NCBI GenBank assembly: GCA_012295275.1
Contig: CM022665.1
Coordinates: forward strand, 21,080,001-21,144,000
Direction of reading: 5' to 3'
Length of the DNA: 64,000 nucleotides
DNA from: Chrysomallon squamiferum
Lineage: Eukaryota > Animalia > Mollusca
In this document: in pieces, positions 35,801 to 49,503 of the stretch
Layout: the number at the start of each line of letters is the position of its first letter
How positions within the stretch are numbered: position 1 is the first letter of the stretch
Translations under genes and position numbers: made by a program
Notes under the pieces: model-generated
Database searches by the model: none
What the model was told of the DNA's origin: nothing
Seen by the model: only the letters and a program-made list of their open reading frames with translations

Positions 35801-38800
35801 TTATAAAAATATTGAAGAGAAATACTTCATCCTCTTGAAACTACAAAGAAAACTATCAGAACATAACTATGAGAAGTCCTGGCTACATGACCAAACAAGT
35901 GTGTCATATTTTCTCCAATTTAAAATAAATATTTGTTATAGGTACCTCTATATGGGAGTTCCACTGATGGGAAAACTGTTTATCTGGGAAGTCTTCAGGC
36001 AGTTTGAGAGTCATTTTACAAACACTGCAGTAGTCACAGAAAGACAGCGCGTTGAAAAGATGAATCTGCCGATGTGAAAAACGTGACTTCACTCTCTTCT
36101 CTAACAACTCGATCACATCCTGAAAATATGAAAAAACATTCTGAGAATACAGAAAAATTATAAATGACAAAACTGTTTAAAGAATACAACAGTTGTATAG
36201 ATTAACAACTCTGTCACTTCCTGAAAATGTAAAACATATTCTGAGAATAAAAAATGATGACCAATTATGAAACTGTTTAAAGAATACAACAGCTGAATAG
36301 GTTTTATGGACTGTACATATTAACTTATTATTAAAAACTGGATAAATTTGGCTAAAAACATACCAGACTGTTACTAAATCAATGTCCTTGGGTTATATGG
36401 ATTGTATATATAATAAATACAAAAGTGTATCTACCAGACTGCATGTCAGACAGAGTGACATTAAAAGAACTAAAATATCTACCAACTTATAGACTGGATA
36501 AAATAAATAATTAATAAACAGTGCACCTACCAGTCTACACGTGAGGCCAATGACACAGACAGGAGTTTGAGCAGATTGCGACACGTCAAACAGATTGTAC
36601 AGCAACGTCTGGTTTCTGTGATGAGCAAACAAGTCAAACTCATCCAGGATAAACAGAATCGGTTTTGTACTGTGATTGTTTCCTTCAAGCAAACAAACAG
36701 AAACCAAAAAAATATTATGTTATTATGAAATTAGGTTTTCTTTTAAGTAAAAAAGAAGCTAAAATTGTTTCCTTCAAGTGAAATTTAAAAAAATATGTTA
36801 TTGTGAAATTAGGTTTAAATTGTTTCCTTCAAATAAAAAAATATATAGGCTTATTATTAAAAGAAATATAAAAACTTTATTATAGAATGATAAATTATTA
36901 TTCTGCAAAAACAAACATATGATATGATGTATATTCCAAGAATACTATATGGCATAAAGATATATGTTAATGTACAAGAGTACTTTATAGTGTCAATAGG
37001 ATATGAAAGTATAAAAAATCTCAAAAATTATTCAAGGTTACAAAAATACAACAACAAGTGACCCATATTTGTTTGTTCATTGTTGTTTTTCATTTTAATA
37101 AGAACATATCAGACAACTAAATCTTTAGTGTTTGGTAGAGTCAGTGGCAGACAGACCAAAGCCATATGATGACATTATCACAAATATACACATACGAAAA
37201 AAACCACATGTATGTACATGCATACATACTGTGTATATGTGTACATTTATATATGTATATAAACCTGCACATATATCATGTATATTTTCTGTATTGAATA
37301 CAGAGATATTTGTAGATTTAAAAGATTATTTCACAGTTTTACGTACATACCATCCAAAAACAAAGCATGTTTACTATATTTTTGTAAAATGTTCTGACTT
37401 TAAAGAAATCAAAATAAATATGAAGGTTTTCTTCTTTTTTTAAATGTTTTTATTGCAACATTTCATCATATAACTCACTGAAACGAGCACTTCTATCTGT
37501 AAAAATATTTGATCATTGTATACAATTTCTTTTAATCAGGATATTTTATTGTTTACCTAGCCTGTATTAAAGTCATTTGTAAAATACTTACCACTTTTTA
37601 ATGCTTCCAACAAAAATTGTAATGTTTCTGCAAAAGTACCCTAAAAATACAATTGATTAATGAATTAAAATATTAATAAATCAACAACTATGTTTTAATA
37701 ATGCTTAAAATCAAAATAATTTATAATTACAGAATTAATAAAATTTTATTAGTTAATGTATTACACAATAAATACATTTTAATAACACTTAAAATCAAAA
37801 TATCTAATAATAACAGGATTAATCAATTTTTTTACTAAAATATGCTGAATAAATACATTTTAATAAAACTTAAATTCAAAATTATTTATAACAACAGAAT
37901 TTATTTAATGGAAATACTGAATAAATATATTTTAATAATACTTAAAATGAAAACAGTTTAGCATTAATTCGTTATTTCAAAAAACCTTCAGCTGTTGCAT
38001 TATATAATTATATACATTTACAAAAATCCCAACAGGAGTATCTTTTTAATTATTTTCCAGTAGATAGAAAAATACACATTTACATATTTAAAATTAAGTA
38101 AAAGATTTAAAATTAAACTTACAAAAACTTTGTCTCCTAGTGTGTTTTCTAATTGCAGTTGTCGGGTTATTTCTTTCAAAGCAATCTTGTCATCTGTCTG
38201 AAGCAGACCTTTAAATTTAAAATAAAAATATTTAAAGATACCTTGTTCTTTGTTTTCACAAATACAAATATTTAGAGACACCTGATTCATTGTTTTCACA
38301 AACATCACCAGTTTATCTGAGCTATTCCAGAATGCTACATATCACAGCCATTTTACTTCCCTAAACCATAGTGGTTAACACAACAGATAACAAATTCATG
38401 TTCAAGAACATGAAATTTCTTCTCCTAAAGCTATATACCACATTAATACTAACTAAACATAACTTACATATAGGCAGACAGATAGACAGACTGGACAGTT
38501 TGAAAGATATACTTATTTCACTGCAATTAAGCATAAAACCATAATTTTACCCAATACATTTGTACTTAATTTGTGTTACTTTTTACATAACCAACATGTA
38601 GATTCATCACACTATATTAGGAAAACAGAGGTACTGAGATAATAATAGAATAGGGCAAAACAATAACATTAAAATACAGTGAAGCCTTACTTAACACTTC
38701 TCTATCATTTATCATTTATCAACCTTTTGTCTTAAAACAGTATAATGTATCCTTTAAACTGTCATTATATTACTATTAGAAATTGATAAAACTGGGTAGA

Positions 38801-40483
38801 TTTGTTTCTATCATTTTAGAAATTTTGTTTTCAGTTGCTGTTGCTTGATGACTGATAAAACTGACTGCGTTTGTTTTTATCATTTTAGAAATCTCTCTGT
38901 TGTTTTGGGGTTTTTTTTTAAGGACATATTAGTGAGTGATAAATTCAGTGTTACCATTCAGCTGTACAGTGAGAAGATTCTGCTGAATTGATTCATCAGC
39001 TGCAATATCATTGATAACACTTTTCAGCACCTTCAAGAAGAAAAAAATAACATTACACTCTAGTAACCTTTCTTTTTTACTATCAAACATTGTTAGTATT
39101 TCAAATAAAAAAAATTGTATATGATTATCTTAACAGATGCATTAAAAAATTAATATTTCAGAAAGACAGTTTATTATATAAAAATTTATAAATTAAATAC
39201 TGATATTCATACCCCATATTATATCACAAAGATGTCAGTGTATTAATATAGCTTTTATAATAATTCATAGTAACGATAGTTGATATTCATATAGTCCTTA
39301 CAATTAGCATAGCTAAAGAATAGTTACATACAAAGTAAATAATCCAAATGTCTAGATTTTCATTTGTTATGTAGTTTCATGTATCAAATATCTAGTTTAT
39401 TAAACTTACATTAATTTTATAAATTACTGACATTTTAATTTTTATATTTGATTTGACAATGTATTTACTGTAACTTGAATTATAAGTATCTTTGTTGTAA
39501 GAAATGGTTAAAACAAATCAAAGAAAGGTGTTACAAAATAATGAAGAGTAACAGGTGATTACATACCACAGTTTTACCACTTCCTCGTGGTCCAATCACA
39601 AGGGCAGAGTTACTCTCACCAGTAGATACAGTTCTCCGAATCAAGTCAAACAATTCTCTGTCAGCAACAAAATTAGTTATACACATGTGTATACACTGGA
39701 CTGTTGTTATTATTTATTTATTTGTTTATTTATTAACTTATTTATTGATATATTTTGGAGGGTTTTTGAATAGAAAAATTATCAATAATTAAGACTGAAA
39801 CATATTACTTCATAACCTGAAATAAGTTTTGCAAATAAGACAAATTAACAGATGAAATTTGTTTAAAAAAAAATAAATAAATAAATAATATAATGGCTTT
39901 GCCAGGTCAGTTAGATGGTGAAAAAGTCTATTCTATTAATTAAAAAATATTCAATGAGTTTTGCATAGTAAAACAGTCCAAATTTTTTTTTTTTTTTTTT
40001 TTCACCGTTCATAATTAAATATACTGCCAAAGATTTCCTTGAAATACTAAACATTTATTTATTTATTTAATTATTATTATTATTATTGTTGTTGTTGTTG
40101 TTATTATTTTAATAAGGATCCCTAATAGCAAAAGCCATGAGCATAGTAACAATTATTCTATACCCATTAATTTGGTGCATATTAAAAAGAAAAAAAAAAA
40201 AATACTTAATTCAATACAATGAAAGTAAGTATTGATCCTTAAACATCAGCGTGTCTATGAACATTAAATTTAAGTGTAAACATAAGTACAGCTTTAAATA
40301 TTAATTATAATAATTTAATTACTTTTTCTCGTGAACAAAGCCATGGATCGGTGACGGAACTAAAGTCTGTGACAATCGTTTTCTCAGTTCAGTTTGCACC
40401 AGACTGATTGGGCTTTCCTCATCACATCCATGTCGAAAACGTATTTCCTTCTTAGTCGGTGATTTGCTTTTTCTTTTTACCAT
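32882..40483 (-). CDS. ORC4: Origin recognition complex subunit 4; 12 coding exons, 442 aa
   Basis: Exons (minus): 40483-40323, 39657-39567, 39030-38955, 38208-38123, 37640-37592, 36682-36531, 36119-35946, 35494-35408, 35154-35046, 34608-34513, 33686-33622, 33064-32882 (1329 nt, phases match). [17 protein letters not shown] (Walker A), [25 protein letters not shown] (Walker B), [15 protein letters not shown] (arginine finger region), [19 protein letters not shown]. Confidence 0.96.
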
Positions 40484-40619
40484 TTTGATGCTGTATTATA
40501 ATAATAAGAAATAAATAAATTATATATTTAATCGGTAATGATGATCACAGAATCATTCTGTCACATTTATAAACTACTTGCAAACTTTCTTTTCAATTAT
40601 TAGAACACACTACACAGTA

Positions 40620-40622
<3 letters not shown>

Positions 40623-40690
<68 letters not shown>
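40623..40690. repeat. (GA)n microsatellite in the ORC4 5' UTR intron
   Basis: Pure dinucleotide tract. Confidence 0.9.
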
Positions 40691-40694
<4 letters not shown>

Positions 40695-40702
40695 TCATTC
40701 AC

Positions 40703-40870
40703 CTGACAATTAATATTTACACTGACCAATTTGATCCAAGTACAACTAGTTATATCTTTCGGAAAATGAAAACATCACTGAAGAATATAAACTAGACCGC
40801 TCATTCGGTGCGCTTTGATTGGGCCGCCATGACCAATCAGTTCTCACTTCCTGAGGTGGCGATAAATCAA
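40703..40870 (-). promoter_or_regulatory. ORC4 non-coding first exon and promoter (two CCAAT boxes, YY1-like core, ETS site)
   Basis: Donor CAG|GTGAAT at 40703/40702 upstream of the acceptor at 40491; locally CpG-rich; ATTGG 40818-40822, GCCGCCAT 40823-40830, CCAAT 40833-40837, ACTTCCTG 40846-40853. Confidence 0.55.
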
Positions 40871-42003
40871 CCGATGACCCTACTCACTACGGGAAACAAA
40901 AGCTAAATGACCAAAACCGATAACTTTTAACCTTCCTGGTCAGATTTGAAAAATAAAAAATGCTGTGGTTTTTCTCCAGTGTGCTCTAATATAATATTGA
41001 ATAGCAATATAAGAAATCATTATTTTCTTAGAATCTGTTTCAATTTATACTGACAATATAATTTGAATATTGTAACCTACACTGGTGATAAGCAACATTT
41101 GGAAAGTCTTTAAATCATGACAGACAAATAAGTTTATATTGAATTATGTATTAAATCATTAAGGATAAAATAACTTTCTCTATGAATTCAAAATAATAAT
41201 AATTATATTATTATTTTTAAAAATTATATGAAGTGTTTTTATTAAAATTTTAAAAATTGGTGATTATAAAAGCTTTTGGATTTATTTGGAAATGAAACTT
41301 GGAATTTAGTAAATGCCAAAAATGATTAAAAAATTAAAGAAAGCAATCTTTAAGCAGCCCAACAGCCTTTCTTTTACCTGCTTTCAATTATTTCTAAATA
41401 AGTGCATCCTCAGTAAATTTGCAAATGATGTGTTTTGTTAATAGTTTTTGTTTCTTTTAATAAACTTCATTTGATACAAAATTCACAGCAATTAAGTTAC
41501 ATCTTATAACTACGCCATAAATAAATAAATACATAATAAACTAAAAAAAAAAAAATGTATCTGTTAAGTGGTGGTAGCTAACAATGAATTATTTAATTTT
41601 GAAGTATCTTTTTAACGAACAATATATATGTGCATGTATCTAAATAATTTAATAGCATTTTTTAATATTTTTTTTTAGAAAACTGGAAACTTTAAGCAGG
41701 CTTTCTGTGTTAAGATAGTTCAGTTCTTTCCTAGGTCAGTAATAAATAAAATAACAGAAATAATAATTTAAGAAAACGTTTTGATTCTCATTTCTCTCCC
41801 CTCTACCAATCTCTTTCTAAACTAAATAACCTCTGTTATAATTATATGTCTGGGCAGACAACCCATAAATAGATAAAATCACAAGTATGAAGAGGGCTCA
41901 ACATTGGCATATTTAAAACAACAATAACACAAACATTAAGCAGAAACAACAAACACAAATTGAAGATTTTTTGTTCTTTTTATATAAAAAGCATTCTTAA
42001 GAA

Positions 42004-45000
42004 TCAAAAGCCAGGAATAATTCTTCCTTTTTTTATCAACTTTTTTCTCTTTTTCTCTTTTTTTGCTTCTTTTTTCTTGGTAATATTAGCTGTTCTTTTC
42101 TTCTGTTTTTCCTCCATTTTTACGTTCATTGTGTTCTGTCTGTCCTCCCACTGTTTCTGTCTTTTCTCTTTCAACTTCTCTTTTCGTTTTGCTGCTTTTT
42201 TCAACAGATCTGGATTGTCCTTGACCTTTGCACCTTGAGCTTTGCTCAGAGCCGTCAGCCATGATACTTTCTCCTCATACTGTTCAGCAGCTTCAGCATC
42301 TTTTTCTTTTAATTTTGTGAGTTTCTCCTTCCTCTTTTCTACTTTTTCTAACAAACGTTTATAATCCTTTCCTTTAAACTCGCTCTTTGGGGCGTCTTTT
42401 TCACCCGAATCAGTGAAGTCAAATTTACTGAAAACTAATTTTCCTTCTTTATTGAAAACTGGTTTCTGCATCACTTTGTTAACTGAATTATTTAACATAC
42501 TGTCACCAGACTTCTGTTCTGGATTTTTATTCTTTTTTAATTTGGATTTTTTCTTTTCCATTTTTCTCTCCTTCCGTCTTAATCTTTTCTGTTCTTGTTG
42601 TTCTTCAGCAGACAGATGACCTGACCTTGCTGTGGCAAAATAAATAAATAAAATAATAATAATAAAAGGTAATTCATGTATTTTGTATGTAGGATGATAA
42701 TGTAATTATTTACACTAGAGAAAATTAACAATGGTAATATAGTGACATATTTATAAGTGGTTTATTTAACCCTGTTGACAATACAGGTGAGATGTCCAGC
42801 TGGAATCTCACAATTCTTTTGAGGAACTGTTAATTTCTAATTAACTTTAATGTTTTAGAAAAAAAAAAAATACAAAAATATTTGATGTGAATAAGATTTA
42901 AAAAATGAACAATAAAAAATCTGCAGTCAGTAAAACAGATTTGTGGAATGATGGACATAATCAACAAAAAACAAAAAAACAACCAATATCCAAAAATAAC
43001 ACTTATCCATTTGTGTATAATATATTTAAAAGCTTTTGTGAAAGTTTACAGTGAAGACAACAGACTTAATATAATGAACATGTACCTCAATGCACAATTT
43101 TTGTCCTGAATAAATAACTGAGCAACATAAAGGTCAAATAATGCATTTTTCCTTACAGAACTAATTAAATATAGCATGTTACCTGAAAAATGAAAGTAAA
43201 TTAATCAAACCAAACAGAATGTTTGTACAAACCCTTTAGCTCCTGAATTCTGGCTTGTAGCTTTTCTCTCAGAGCCTCAATGTCATTCATCTCTTCCTGT
43301 TTGTCAGATTTCTTTTTACGTTTCTTGTTTTTCATCTTTTTAGGTATAACCTTGTCTTAAATGTTAAAAAAAAATAAAAGTAAAATAAAACATTTAAATC
43401 AAATTAAAAAAAAAAAAAAAAACCTAATAAAAATATTTACATTAAATTTAAAAAGAAAATACCGATTTAAAACATTTATATCAAATTAAGAAAAGTAAAG
43501 GATTTAAATCAAATATAAGAAGTAACAAATTAAAACATTTACATTTAAGTAAAAAAAAAAACACTAATTAAGACAATAACATCAAATTAAAAAAAAAAAA
43601 CCAAAACAATTAATTATTTACAACACAATGAATATTCACAAAAATATACATTTAAATATGTAATAATGAACAAAACTATTCCAATGAAAATTATAATTAT
43701 TAAATATTTTTTATCTGCTGACAGTTGTTAAACAAATAGTCTTCATTCAGTATTAGAAATGAAACACCAGTGACCACAATATAATGAGTTTTCTTATACT
43801 CAGCAAATCTTGTTAGTCACTATTAGAGAAATATATATATAAATTATATCTATGACCTAACAGATTACTACTTAGACTGATCAATAACCAAACTGGTAAA
43901 CCAGGAGGACAAAATGTAGCTCAGGTAAATATTCTAAAGCCATTTTATTTAAGTATCTCACTAAACACCAAACTATCAAATTTTAAAATCTTGCTGAATA
44001 AATCATGCTAATTTTCTTCTCTTAAAATTCCCATAACATAAAAATCTCAGCAGATTACCAAAATTTCACAAATAAAACATAAAATTTTTGATTATCTCAC
44101 TAAATTACCAAAACCTTCAAATCTGAAAATCACAGAAGACTGCCAAGAAAAGTTCGAAATTTTTAAATCTCACAAACATTAATTTTATCCTTTTACATGT
44201 TTTAATTCACCATTTCTGATTCTATTACTGCTAATCAAATACTTAGATGTGATTCTTGTGTCTGTTAGAACAAAATTTGCTGGGGTACAGAATCTCATAA
44301 ACTAACTACATCTCACTTTTTTCCTTGCCCTCTTGATCCATTGCTGCCAAATCATCTTGAAGCTGAGTTACTGTCTTCATCTGCAGTGGATCATTTGTAA
44401 AACCATTTTTATGTTTGTTTGATTTTGAGGCTGGCTCTGATTCATCATCGTCTAGAAGATAAATAAAAATATTAATACTACTAATAATAAAAAAAAAGAA
44501 CAATAGCAATAACAAGAATATTTAAAAATGTAAAATCTGTGTTCAGCTAAATTTAAAATAATCAAACTAAAATAATATTGCTGTATTATTTATATTACTA
44601 ATGTACATGAAATCTAATCAAAATAATTCCTCCAGAATTTTTCCTTACAATGATACAAAACAAACTGTAATAGACATACATACAGAGAATCCATAAGCAA
44701 ATGTTTAATTTTGTTAGCAAGGCCAAATGACCACTCCAAACAATTCAAAATTTGTTTTTAGTAATTTCAGATTAACTTGGTGAAGATAAGGAAATATTTA
44801 GTAATTAAACTAATGATATTGCAAAGAAACCACATTTTGTTTTCTTCGAGTTACTATACACATAGCAGAAAATTTACTAATCCCAGTTTTAATTTAGAAA
44901 CCATAACTTAGTTGCATATAGATACATAACTTGTATGTCAGTTTGAAATTTATGCTTCATTGCTTAGAATTTTATTTTGTAATTTAACTAATGAATTAAG

Positions 45001-45323
45001 ATTTAATGATGAATACACAATATAAAAATGAGACAAGCTGAAAATTAAAACTGGAAAAAATCTTATTACTTTGTGTACATTTTCAACAAGCTAATGACAG
45101 GAATAATTCTAAATTTCAAACCTTCCATCTCCATGGAATCTGAGTCTGATTCTTCATGTCGTATTTTTCTCTTTGCGTCTGCATCGAAAAACAACAGCGG
45201 AGGAATCAGATTAATAAAGGAATTAAAGAAATCACGATCAGCCTGAGTTTGGAATCGCCGTGACTCTGCAATGTCAGAACCAACTGTCATTTCTCCCAAA
45301 TCTGAACACTGATCAGATTCCAT
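42004..45323 (-). CDS. SURF6: Surfeit locus protein 6 homolog (nucleolar, Rrp14/SURF6 family); 4 coding exons, 361 aa
   Basis: Exons (minus): 45323-45122, 44451-44317, 43355-43233, 42629-42004 (1086 nt). N-terminal FFNSFINLIPP, LREKLQARIQELK, VFSKFDF, W..AL.KAQGAKVKDNPDLLKKA.KRKEK.K...QKQWEDR, C-terminal KKGRIIPGF; highly Lys-rich. Confidence 0.93.
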
Positions 45324-47022
45324 TGAAAATAATCTGAAAAATTTAATATTAAAATCAGAAAAGTAACTGATTTTTCTTTCTGTTTTTATCGTTTTATACT
45401 GAATAACTTTCTATATATTTTTTAGTTTTGTATATATTTCATAAATAATACTAAAAAAAATTCTTACAATATTTTGTTCAATAAAAGTGAAAAAATAAAA
45501 GTTTGTTCTTTCATCATATCCTGTATTATTTCCTTTTGATTAATTTGCCACAAATATGTTTATCAGATTCATGTAGTACAGAAATAATTTTATGTTCTTA
45601 TTAAGGAAAACACACATCAATACTAAGCCATAACAAGTTAACAGTAAACTATTATTTTAATGTCTATGAAATTTGAGAGTTAGGCTTCATTCTGTCAAAT
45701 AATCTAGAATTTGTTATTATTATTGAAATATTACAGGTTAACCAACACTAATCCAGCATTCTGGGGAAACTGCAGGACACCGGATTAGTGATTTTTCAGA
45801 ATAACAGTATGGTTATGTTTGAATACATTTAATTCAACATCTCATCATGCATCCTTAGTATCACTAAATACCAATATCAAATTGTTGTTTTTTCAGCACG
45901 TTCAAATTTACCTTTTATGGGCTATACACACTGTTTGTGCATTACACAATGACAAGCATTTCCTTTAATCACTGAAACCATGTTAGGACAAAAATTAGCA
46001 GATTATAAAAAAAATCTGCCTATGTTGTGCAAATGATGCCAACAGCAATTATGCAGCAAGAAACACCATTAAAGATTAGTGACAAGTATGTATGGAAATT
46101 CAGGAAATTTGAAATAATGTTAGCCAAAAGTTGTGCCAGATTACTAATGGAACTGAGTAAGTGATTGCAGGATCAGTGATGGCCAACCTTGATTTATTAA
46201 TTGTTAGGTTTTGTTCTGGGTTTTTTAAAGATTAAAAATAAAAACAGAAATGAAAACAAAGATGAGTTTGGTACATTAAGCCTGATCATTAAATAATTGT
46301 GTAGATCATTTAGGAATTATGATAAATACAATGTATATATTTATTTAATTTCCAAAATTTAATAGGAAACAACAATGTTTATTATTATTATTAATATTAT
46401 ACTGCCACTAAATTATGAGTTTATGAATTATTATAGTTTTTTTTGTTTGTTTTTTCAGTTCAAATAATTGTAATTACTGAGTTTGTTGTTAATATTATAC
46501 ATTTTTTTCTTTCTTGAATTTTATTTTGTATATGATCTAATTAAGAAAGGAGAGTAAGTGCAAGAAAAAGCAGATTACCGCATGAATGAAATATTAACTA
46601 TGACTCAGTCATATTCATATGGAAGAGCATAGTTAATCAAAACATAAACTTGATAAAGTCGAAGTAGGACGACTATTACCTCAAATACGTAACAAATTCT
46701 TAAGTTTATATAAATTTCATACACTTACTTACTATTAAAATAATAAAGTAAAGTGTTGTTGAAATATTTTTAAGTGAAAGAGCGACAATATTCTGCTTTA
46801 GTCACTTCTGCAAAGCGATTTCAATTACTATTACTATTTCTGGGAATATAAACGAGAAATAAGATATTTCATACACTGATCAGTGATAGTAGTAATACAC
46901 TCATACAATCATCACAATGAATCAATGATACAGGTTGAGGTTCCTCGCAATATAATATTTTTTCTTTCGTTTTCCATTTGGTGAATTTAACCAATCATTC
47001 GATGAATAGTTCCAAAACTTAC

Positions 47023-47195
47023 ATAGTATCAGGTCTGTAGTAAAATTAAAATCGATTCATGTCCGAGAAGTCAAACAATGGACATGAAATGCGAAATCCA
47101 TGACGTTTAGAAAAAAGATTAACGTGATACGTTAAATAGCATGCACGTGTTGACAAAATTCGACCACTAGATGTCAGGCCACGTTTCCGGTTAAC
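47023..47195 (-). promoter_or_regulatory. Probable SURF6 non-coding first exon and promoter (E-box, ETS, CTCF-like site)
   Basis: Donor |GTAAGT at 47022 (another candidate at 46679) upstream of the acceptor at 45334; CACGTG 47144-47149; CCACTAGATGTCAG 47164-47177; TTCCGG 47185-47190; CpG-rich. Confidence 0.5.
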
Positions 47196-47660
47196 TTTGT
47201 TGTTTGGTTTAATTTCCTCTAATCTATTCTGCTCTACACAGTAAGGTCTAAAAGTGAAAATAGTTTTTACATAATTAATCACTTATATGTTTAAAATAGG
47301 AGTATTTATCAAGTATATTGGATATAATAATTTGATTTTAAGGAACATTACAGAATTAAAAAAACCTTATACTATTCAGGTAAGCATAATAATATTTATA
47401 ATAATTATATGTTTGCATAAATTATTATTATTTTTTTTTTTAATAGAAATTCAAATATAAATAAATAAAGAAAGAAAAAGAAATACTAACAGATAGACGA
47501 GAAAGAAAAAGAAAGATTAAAAAGCTACCCTAGTTTCTTTTCCAATCCTCATGTTGTCCAGATAATTTCAGCATTGTTCAATTGTCAGTATTGTTTAATG
47601 TTGTAGTTTTATTAACAATTAAAATATTTTTAATGAAAATAAAATTGAAATCGTCTACGT

Positions 47661-48300
47661 CAGTGGTTTTCAACCTTTTTTTTACCAACGGCACACCTTG
47701 GAACACATGAAAAAATAACGGCACACCTGGCTATATACATGAAAAATATTTGAATTTCGGCAAGTCATAGACAGCATACAACTGTAAGTCAAGTTCAGTG
47801 TTGGAAGAATGATTTATGAAAGGATCTCTAATCCAGTCATACTTTTCTGTCTTTATTGACGGAAAGTAATTGTTGATGCTTTCGTCCAGGACTGTCAGAT
47901 GAGTAAACACAATAGGGATCATTTCTCTAATGCAGGTAGAACGCAATAAAGGGAACATATAAAGATTGCCAGTGATTGCTCTTTTTTTTTTTTTTTTTTT
48001 TTTCTTTTTTTCCAAATCACAATTTTCTTTTTGAGGGCAACTAACTTGTCCGTTGAAGTGAGAATATTTTCGTTTTTACCTTGCATACTATTGTTTATTT
48101 TATTTAGTTCACTAAATATTTCTGTTAGGCCTACTTTTCATATAACTGACCATTCCAACAACTTGATGTAACACAACCTTTAAATCTTCCTGCGATATTT
48201 TTGAAACAAGAACTTCTCTATGTAGAAAGCAATGAATATGAATGAGAATTGGATTTTCTTTTTCTACAAAAGTTTGCGGCACACTGGCTGAGAATCACTG
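47661..48300 (-). mobile_element. hAT (Buster/Charlie, ZBED8-like) internally deleted DNA transposon
   Basis: TIRs CAGTGGTTTTCAACC / GGCTGAGAATCACTG; 8-bp TSD gtctacgt / gtctaagt; transposase remnants HIHCFLHREVLVSK...VVGMVSYMKSRP, IFSELNKINNSMQG, YFPSIKTEKYDWIRDPF. Confidence 0.9.
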
Positions 48301-48816
48301 GTCTAAGTCATTGAGACTTTAATGAAGGTAATGAAATACGTTAGAATTATTGATATAATTAAAGTTTATTACTCCCAGTAACTAAAATTCATGATTATCG
48401 TTACAAAAGAAATATATATTTGTAACAATAATAACAAAGACGACAACAAAATAACAGCCGTAATAATAAATATCATTATTTATTTTTGTTGACAGTATAT
48501 GTATATGTATAAATCTATGTTAAAGTTACTGTGATAGTAAATATTCAAAGAATAATCTCTGTATTTCGCACCGTTTTGTTCTGCAATGACCTAGGTAAAG
48601 GGAAATAACTCTAAGTCCCCCGTTAGTCTGAAGACTGGTTAATAAAATCAACATTTACGAGTATGAAATGCAATTTAGCCTATTTTATTTTAATAAAATA
48701 TCTCATGCTTCTAATGGGGGAGTGGCAAACGTAGAATTTCTTCTATGCATTACACACATCAGAATTATTAAATTAGACTAGAAAAATTAATCGAAATAAT
48801 TCTTAAAATCATTATG

Positions 48817-48866
<50 letters not shown>

Positions 48867-49256
48867 TTTTAATTTTTATTCTATTATTATTATTTATTTA
48901 ATTTAATTTTTTTTTTTTTTTCATTGAATATAATTTTCACCATACGGTTTCGTTTCTTATTAAGGGAGTTAATTCATAACTACCCCCCCCACCCGAAAAA
49001 AACCCGGCGCTTACTGCTGTGAAAAAGTGCCCTTATTGCAATTTTCTTTTAACATGTTAAAACAAAATAAAGTACATCTTCGTTGGCTGTTGGTTGTTTC
49101 GTTCATGGAACTTCACGCTATTTCTTAAATGCTTTATTACTCGGAAAATCATTTAAAAGTCTTCAATATTAAAATGTCTCCAAATTAAGTGACGCATGCG
49201 CACCGCTTTATGGCGACTAAAGATGTTTTTTTGTTTTTGTTTCAGAGATTAATTAT

Positions 49257-49367
49257 CAGGGGCGGATTATAGGGGGTGTCCCATTTGCACGGAAACTCCA
49301 CTGCTAAAATAATAATAATAATAATAATAAAATAAAATAAAATAAATGAATAAAATAACGTCCACGT

Positions 49368-49441
<74 letters not shown>

Positions 49442-49503
49442 CAAACTATAAGCATTTACGTACTGTTTCGGTCCCCCCTTATCTAAAGCATGATCCCTCC
49501 CTG
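49257..49503. mobile_element. Possible degenerate MITE with CAGGGGCGGAT-type ends containing a (CT)n tract
   Basis: caggggcggattat ... atgatccctccctg (11 of 14 complementary); no convincing TSD. Confidence 0.35.

Noticed and set aside
44320-44332. Possible GC donor (G|GCAAGG) in SURF6 exon 2
   Set aside because: A canonical GT donor in the same phase lies 12 nt downstream, so a non-canonical site is not needed.
32882-45323. ORC4-SURF6 adjacency as a conserved functional cluster
   Set aside because: Cannot be supported from this window; each gene has its own promoter candidate, and dispersal of surfeit genes outside vertebrates is expected.
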